Part shown: one piece after another, positions 33,810 to 38,612 of the stretch
Numbering within the stretch: the stretch's first letter is position 1
Layout of the letters: every line of letters starts with the position of its first letter
Source of the DNA: Burkholderiales bacterium
GTDB taxonomy: Bacteria; Pseudomonadota; Gammaproteobacteria; Burkholderiales; JACQAP01
Reading direction: 5' to 3'
NCBI GenBank assembly: GCA_035260785.1
Contig: DATFUO010000007.1
Location: 1-38,612 of the forward strand
Length of the DNA stretch: 38,612 nucleotides
Notes under the pieces: generated by a model
What the model was told of the DNA's origin: nothing
What the model saw: only the letters and a program-made list of their open reading frames with translations
Databases searched by the model: none
Position numbers and translations under genes: made by a program

Positions 33810-34027
33810 ATATTTTTATAGTCGTGACCATTGGCCGCCACCACGATTTCACCCCCCCGATAGGGCAGTTTTCCGCCTTTTCCGTCCTTGAAATAGACGA
33901 AGCCGTTGACGAACTGCGGCACCAGCGCAAGATAGATCGATACGATCAGGACGAGAAAAAACGCCGCCACTCGCGCCGGTCGCGGCAGCGAATCAAGCAG
34001 TTTCATCAGAATGTTCATGCCCCACAT
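33806..34027 (-). CDS. Membrane-anchored N-terminal fragment of the same gene
   Basis: A strong RBS (AAGGAG) lies 6 nt before the ATG at 34027. The TM helix is VAAFFLVLIVSIYLALV. The frame ends at a TGA directly after an A5 run. Confidence 0.6.
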   Translation of the reverse strand: MWGMNILMKLLDSLPRPARVAAFFLVLIVSIYLALVPQFVNGFVYFKDGKGGKLPYRGGEIVVAANGHDYKNM

Positions 34028-34213
34028 AGGTCGCTCCTTTGCGTTGCGATGCCTTGGTATCCGCCGCCCGCTCGGAGGCATCAGACTGGCACAGGGCGGG
34101 TTACGGATTGCTTACGGAACAGACCTTTCCGCCGAATCACGAGGAATTTTGTCCACGGAAGCCGGCACGCCTGCGTTAAGCTTTAAGTTGTTCCTGTCGC
34201 AGAAGGAAGGAGG

Positions 34214-34792
34214 ATGGCCGTGAGAAAGACCTTGATTGCCCTTGCGTTATTGAGCCTGGTGGCGACGAACGCGCAAGCCCATGGTGGCGGCTGGCACGGT
34301 CACGGCGGCGGGCGCTATTTCTGGTGGGGCGCTGCTCTCGGCGCGGCCCTGACACTTCCTTTCTACTATTCACGGTCCTGGGCGGATCCGGGACCCTACT
34401 ATTACTACGGCCCCGGCCCCACCGTCTATGCGCAGAGCCCGCCGGACTATGTACGGAGTCCACCGAGCTACGCCATCGCGGCCGCACAATCTGGAAATGT
34501 CGTAGCCCAGACGCCGTCCAACGGCGTCATTGAACTCGGGCCGGTCAATGCCCTGCCGCCGATGAATTCCAATGCAGCCCCGGCGTCCGCGGCGCAGTCT
34601 TATGCCTATCCCGGCAAGGGTCAAAGTCCGCAACAGCAGGCGAACGATCAGTACGAGTGCAACAAGTGGGCCGTCCATGCGTCCGGCTATGATCCGGACC
34701 TGCGTACCCATCGCAATCCGGAGACAGGACCCGCGGCCTATGAACGCGCGCTGGACGCCTGTCTCGAGGGGCGCGGTTACGCCGTGAGGTGA
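34214..34792 (+). CDS. Secreted Gly/His- and Tyr/Pro-rich protein with the same Cys-containing C-terminal module as the 5115-5960 product
   Basis: RBS GGAAGGAGG. The signal peptide is MAVRKTLIALALLSLVATNAQA. The N-terminal region reads HGGGWHGHGGG and PGPYYYYGPGP. The C-terminus is ECNKWAVHASGYDP...ACLEGRGYAVR. Confidence 0.8.
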   Translation: MAVRKTLIALALLSLVATNAQAHGGGWHGHGGGRYFWWGAALGAALTLPFYYSRSWADPGPYYYYGPGPTVYAQSPPDYVRSPPSYAIAAAQSGNVVAQTPSNGVIELGPVNALPPMNSNAAPASAAQSYAYPGKGQSPQQQANDQYECNKWAVHASGYDPDLRTHRNPETGPAAYERALDACLEGRGYAVR

Positions 34793-34856
34793 AAGAGAGT
34801 GCACACCGCCTAGTCGGTCCGCCTTCCGCCCGCCACATCGTCACATTCCGACCGCT

Positions 34857-36101
34857 TCATCGCGGCCGTTCCATTGCACATCGCACAGGCGGCACCACAT
34901 CCTTGGCATTGAAGACGACATCGGTTTTCCAGCCATAACCCGTACCTTCGATGTCGTGCCGCGCGCCCTGCTGGCCGGCCTTGACGAAGCTCATCACCAA
35001 AATCGGCGCAATAAGCTGATGATCCTCGGCCCGCATCCAGATCTCGCCGGTTGGTCCGCTCAAGTGCATCCCTTCGAGGGCGTACGCCACCTTTATCGGG
35101 TCGGTGGTCCCCGCCCTGCCGATCGCGTTGGCCAGCATCTCTACCGTGCGGTAGGCCGGCATGTAGGCGAGGTCGAGATTGGTCTTGTACTTCGCCTGCG
35201 CGTCCAGGATCCTGCGCTCCCACTCTCCGTCGGCCGCGTTCAGATGCCAGGAGTAGATCGTCTTCATCTTCTCCGCGCCCGCGGCACCGATCGCCGCCGG
35301 CGTCCCGAACCCGGCCGCAAGCAACGTGTAGAAATGGGCGTTGAATGCCGTCTCGTTGCTCGCTTTCATCAACAGCGAGAGATCGGCTCCCCAGTTGCCG
35401 GTCAGCACGCTGTCCGCGCCGGACGCGCGTATTTTCGAAATGTAGGGGGCGAAGTCCTTCACCTTGGCCAATGGGATCAGCTCATCCCCGACGAACTGGA
35501 TGTCGGGCCGCCTGGCGGCGAGCAGTTCGCGTGAAGTTTTTGCGACGCCCTGCCCGAACGCATAGTCCTGGTTGATCAGATAGACCTTATGGATCGAACG
35601 CTGGGCTGACATGTACTCGACCATCGCGCCGAGCTGCATGTCCGAATGCGGCTCGAAGCGAAAATGCCAGAAGCTGCATTTCGCCTCCGTGAGGGCGGGA
35701 TCGAGCGCGTTGAAATTCAGCAGCAGAACACGCTGGTCCGGATTGCGCGCGTTGTGCTTGGAGATCGCATCGGTCAGGGCATGAACGCGACTCGAGACCG
35801 TAGCGGCGATGAAGCGGATGTCATTGTCGATCGCGCGCTTGAATTGTATCAATGCATCCTGCGGATCGTTCTTGGCGTCCATCGCAACGATTTCCAGTTT
35901 CCGGCCGCCGAGGATGCCTCCGCGGGCGTTGATGATGTCGGCAGCCGCGTAAAACGAATTGACCTGGCCTTCTCCGTACAACGCGTTGGTACCACTCAAT
36001 CCCGTCAGAATTGCAATTTTGATGGTCTCGTCCGCCGTAGCGGACGCGCAGCTCCAAGAGAGCAGAACAGCGAATGCGATACCGGCAATTCTCGGAAACA
36101 T
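34857..36101 (-). CDS. ABC-transporter periplasmic binding protein, branched-chain amino acid (LivJ/Peripla_BP_6) type
   Basis: RBS GGAGGA precedes the ATG at 36101. The signal peptide is MFPRIAGIAFAVLLSWSCASATA. The sequence IKIAILTGLSGTNALYGEG...YLINQDYAFGQG is typical of the family. No permease or ATPase genes are adjacent. Confidence 0.88.
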   Translation of the reverse strand: MFPRIAGIAFAVLLSWSCASATADETIKIAILTGLSGTNALYGEGQVNSFYAAADIINARGGILGGRKLEIVAMDAKNDPQDALIQFKRAIDNDIRFIAATVSSRVHALTDAISKHNARNPDQRVLLLNFNALDPALTEAKCSFWHFRFEPHSDMQLGAMVEYMSAQRSIHKVYLINQDYAFGQGVAKTSRELLAARRPDIQFVGDELIPLAKVKDFAPYISKIRASGADSVLTGNWGADLSLLMKASNETAFNAHFYTLLAAGFGTPAAIGAAGAEKMKTIYSWHLNAADGEWERRILDAQAKYKTNLDLAYMPAYRTVEMLANAIGRAGTTDPIKVAYALEGMHLSGPTGEIWMRAEDHQLIAPILVMSFVKAGQQGARHDIEGTGYGWKTDVVFNAKDVVPPVRCAMERPR

Positions 36102-36111
36102 CGCTCCTCCT

Positions 36112-36483
36112 TCATGAGAAGGGCCGAGACGGCTCTCCCGGCACGTGCAACATAACCTTGGCCAACTCGTCCGCCTGCGCTTCCAGCGCCGCATCCAGTT
36201 GGGTGAGGCTTTCGCGCTGAGCGACCATGTCGATCGTATCCAGAGTATCGCTGCCCAGCACTCCGGCGATACCGGCCTGTGCCCTGTCCGCAAGCGCCCG
36301 CCGCTGCTGCGTGATTTCCCGCAGGCGGGCGCAGCGGGCGGATTCTTCGTCGACAAGTCTGGCGGATGCTTCGCTCCCGTGGCCGGCCGGAGGAGCAAAG
36401 GACTTGCCGCAAGTCTTGCACTTGAGTGCTGAAATTTCCGAGGCGGAATCGTCAGGCTGTGTGCTTGGAGAAAAGGCAGGCAT
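36112..36483 (-). CDS. Hypothetical coiled-coil protein with a single CxxC
   Basis: 123 aa from the ATG at 36483. It has CKTCGKSF near the N-terminus and a helical C-terminus. It stops 10 nt before the SBP start codon. Confidence 0.5.
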   Translation of the reverse strand: MPAFSPSTQPDDSASEISALKCKTCGKSFAPPAGHGSEASARLVDEESARCARLREITQQRRALADRAQAGIAGVLGSDTLDTIDMVAQRESLTQLDAALEAQADELAKVMLHVPGEPSRPFS

Positions 36484-36561
36484 CAATCATTGCCCCTCTT
36501 GTTACCCGCGCGTCATTGACGATACGCCGCCGGCCGATGCGCGTAAAGCGGCCGCGTATCG

Positions 36562-36688
36562 CAGAGAAAAGAGGCGAGAGGAAAGAGGAAAGAGGAAAGA
36601 GGAAAGAGGAAAGGTTAAAGGGGAAAGGCTGAAGAAAACACTGCTCTAGGGAATTTTCTTTCCTCTTTCCTCTCGCCTCTTTTCTCTG
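36562..36688. repeat. Palindromic element: perfect 32-bp inverted repeat enclosing an (AGGAAAG)5 homopurine tract
   Basis: The sequence at 36562-36593 (CAGAGAAAAGAGGCGAGAGGAAAGAGGAAAGA) is the exact reverse complement of 36657-36688. Five AGGAAAG heptamers lie at 36579-36613. The spacer is 63 bp. Confidence 0.9.
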
Positions 36689-36693
36689 GAACG

Positions 36694-36981
36694 TCAGACT
36701 CCGTCGACGAGGACCAGATTTCCCTTCGACGCCTTCATCCGGATCTGCTTCGGGATCTTGTATTCCTCGGAGTCGTACCACTGACGGGCGCGGGCGGCGC
36801 TTTCGAATTCGAGGACGACGAGGCGCAGCGGATTCCAGCCGCCTTCCAGCACGTCGATCTTGCCGCCGCGGACAACGAACTTGCCGCCGTACTTGGCCAG
36901 GGTCGGGCCGATCAGCTTGCGATATTCCTCGTAGGGGGCGGGGTCGTGGACTACGACTTCGGCAATGATGTAAGCGGCCAT
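36694..36981 (-). CDS. DUF1330 domain protein
   Basis: 95 aa: MAAYIIAEVVVHDPAPYEEYRKLIGPTLAKYGGKFVVRGG...VVLEFESAARARQWYDSEEY. RBS GGAGAA is present. The longer ORF to 37083 runs into the repeat element and is judged spurious. Confidence 0.85.
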   Translation of the reverse strand: MAAYIIAEVVVHDPAPYEEYRKLIGPTLAKYGGKFVVRGGKIDVLEGGWNPLRLVVLEFESAARARQWYDSEEYKIPKQIRMKASKGNLVLVDGV

Positions 36982-37021
36982 GGGGTTCTCCCTGTTTTTG
37001 AAGTGGCAAGGATAGGAAATC

Positions 37022-37172
37022 GGGAGGGGGATTGCCAGCGAAATGGCAATATTCGTGACGAACGTGACGGCGTGACGGCGCAAAGGCTGTAGGGCTCTTA
37101 CTCCGTCACGATTATGGCGAAGCCGGTACGCCCGCGCGTCACGACCGTCACGCCGTCACGGATCTCCCCCCT
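37022..37172. repeat. Palindromic element with three CGTGACG and four inverted CGTCACG motifs
   Basis: Forward motifs are at 37054, 37063 and 37071. Inverted motifs are at 37104, 37137, 37146 and 37154. G-rich and C-rich ends (GGGAGGGGGAT / ATCTCCCCCC) flank the element. It lies in the divergent DUF1330/cbpA promoter region. Confidence 0.8.
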
Positions 37173-37235
37173 TGATTTCCCCCGCTCCGCCCAGCACATG
37201 GGAAACTACGACTTAATCCACCTGTCCATGCGTCC

Positions 37236-38183
37236 ATGAAATACAAGGACTACTACGAAATCCTCGGGGTCAAACGGGATGCCGGCGCCGACGACATCAA
37301 GAAGGCGTATCGCAAGCTCGCCCACAAATTCCATCCGGACGTCTCCAAGGATCCCAAGGGCGAGGAGAAATTCAAGGATGTCTCCGAAGCCTACAAAACC
37401 TTGAAAGACCCGCAAGCGCGGGCCGCCTACGACAAGCTCGGCAGCCACCGGCCCGGAGAGGATTTCCAGCCGCCTCCGGACTGGGGCCAGCAGTTCGGCG
37501 ACGGCAACTTCTCGTTCGACGATATCGACCTGTCGGACCTTTTCGCCGGACTCGGCGGCGGCCGGCACCGCGGGGGCGCGCGCGGTGGCACTTTTCCGAT
37601 CCCGGGGCAGGATTACGAAGTCACGGCGCCCGTCACGATCGAAGATGCCTATCGCGGCACGGAGCTGGACCTGAATCTCAGCGTGCCCGAATACGACGGT
37701 CAGGGCCGGGTGCGCCGCGTACCGCTGGTGTTCAAAGCGCGCATTCCGAAAGGCGTCACGGACGCAGAGAGGCTGCGCCTACCGGGCAAAGGCGGCAAGG
37801 GGCTCAACGGCGGACCCAATGGCAGTCTGTATCTCACCATCGCGCTGCAGCCGCATCCGCTCTACCGCGTGACCGGCCATGATCTGTACCTGGATCTGCC
37901 GCTCGCGCCATGGGAGGCCGCACTCGGCGCCAGCGTGGAAGTGCCGACTCTGGCCGGACCGGTGCGCCTCAAGGTGCCGCCGGGAACGAACACCGGGCAA
38001 AAACTGCGGCTTGCCAAACGCGGCTTGCCGAAACGGCGGGAGGGCGAAGGCGACCTGTTCGCGATCGTGCAGATCGTCGTGCCCCCTTCGTCCACCGAAC
38101 GCGAGCAGGCGCTGTTCAGGGAACTCGCGGGGGCCTCGAAATTCGATCCGCGCGCGTCATTTCCGAAGGGAGATGGAAAATGA
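37236..38183 (+). CDS. cbpA: Curved-DNA-binding protein CbpA (DnaJ-like co-chaperone without zinc finger)
   Basis: The J domain is [35 protein letters not shown]. DnaJ C-terminal domains follow with no Cys-rich region. The next gene is a cbpM-type gene with an ATGA overlap. Confidence 0.9.
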   Translation: MKYKDYYEILGVKRDAGADDIKKAYRKLAHKFHPDVSKDPKGEEKFKDVSEAYKTLKDPQARAAYDKLGSHRPGEDFQPPPDWGQQFGDGNFSFDDIDLSDLFAGLGGGRHRGGARGGTFPIPGQDYEVTAPVTIEDAYRGTELDLNLSVPEYDGQGRVRRVPLVFKARIPKGVTDAERLRLPGKGGKGLNGGPNGSLYLTIALQPHPLYRVTGHDLYLDLPLAPWEAALGASVEVPTLAGPVRLKVPPGTNTGQKLRLAKRGLPKRREGEGDLFAIVQIVVPPSSTEREQALFRELAGASKFDPRASFPKGDGK

Positions 38184-38512
38184 GTATCGAACTCACCGAA
38201 GCGCAATGGCTGCACGAACAGACCGGGGTTTCAGTCGAGGAACTCGCGCAGCTGTCGGGCCTGTCGCCGGAACTGTTGCACGAACTGGTCGATTACGGTG
38301 CGCTGGTTCCCATGAACGTCGAATCGGCGCAATGGACCTTTACCGCCGATTGCGTGATCGCCGTGCGCGCCGCGAGCCGCCTGCGCGAGGATTTCGACCT
38401 CGACGCGAATGCATTGTCCGTCGCGATTAATCTGATCGAGCGGATTCACGGGTTGGAGGCGCAGCTTCAGCAATTGCGATCGCAACTCCCGAGCCTTCGG
38501 ATTCGAAGATAA
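38180..38512 (+). CDS. cbpM: Chaperone modulator CbpM (MerR-like)
   Basis: 110 aa. Its ATG at 38180 overlaps the cbpA TGA. The sequence [26 protein letters not shown], plus its position immediately after cbpA, supports the call. Confidence 0.8.
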   Translation: MSIELTEAQWLHEQTGVSVEELAQLSGLSPELLHELVDYGALVPMNVESAQWTFTADCVIAVRAASRLREDFDLDANALSVAINLIERIHGLEAQLQQLRSQLPSLRIRR

Positions 38513-38612
38513 AAAACGCCTTCAGGATTGCCCCGGCGTTTCTAGAAACAAACCACCCGCGCGTTCTCGCGTGCGGCGGCCGCGTGAAATTCGTTCATTC
38601 CCGCCATGCTGA

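Noticed and set aside
36426-36632. ORFs translating the polypurine tracts (for example KRGERKEERGKRKEE at 36426-36632 and 29133-29582)
   Set aside because: These are low-complexity translations of the heptamer repeats. They have no RBS, and they lie in palindromic intergenic elements.

Overview
This is a high-GC window (roughly 60-65% by eye) that looks like proteobacterial chromosome, probably beta-like. I call about 41 protein-coding genes. I recognised no rRNA, tRNA, CRISPR array, transposase or integrase.

The recognisable content is mostly envelope, transport and signalling:
- A TRAP transporter (DctP plus a fused DctQM permease) and an MFS transporter.
- A glycine-zipper envelope operon and an SDR oxidoreductase.
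- A three-gene two-component cascade: a periplasmic-SBP hybrid histidine kinase, a REC-histidine kinase, and a LuxR-type regulator.
- A metallophosphoesterase, an S1 protease fused to a TolA/TonB-C-like domain, and a lipase-like alpha/beta hydrolase.
- YceI, an amidohydrolase, and a pseudo-cyclase/PEGA protein coupled to a tail-anchored Ser/Thr kinase.
- Two nearly identical cspA-type cold-shock genes that share promoter, long 5' UTR and terminator architecture.
- A dihaem cytochrome c, an aldo/keto reductase, a CpxP/Spy-like protein, a TauD dioxygenase, an animal-type haem peroxidase with an unknown partner, an orphan LivJ-like binding protein, DUF1330, and cbpA-cbpM.

The parts not explained by ordinary annotation are:
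1. An interspersed palindromic repeat family built around a variable-number AGGAAAG heptamer homopurine tract. One copy has a perfect 32-bp inverted repeat.
2. A second family made of CGTGACG motifs at 9-bp period, arranged as inverted arms.
3. A ~1.3-kb stretch (27785-29089) of unassignable small genes beside the peroxidase cassette.
4. A membrane-protein gene split by a -1 frameshift at an A5 run.
5. A secreted-protein gene whose signal peptide only reads through if ATA is the start codon.
6. A Cys-containing C-terminal module shared by two otherwise different secreted proteins about 29 kb apart.

No known defence, secretion or mobile system is evident. All family assignments rest on motif recognition by eye, not on searches.
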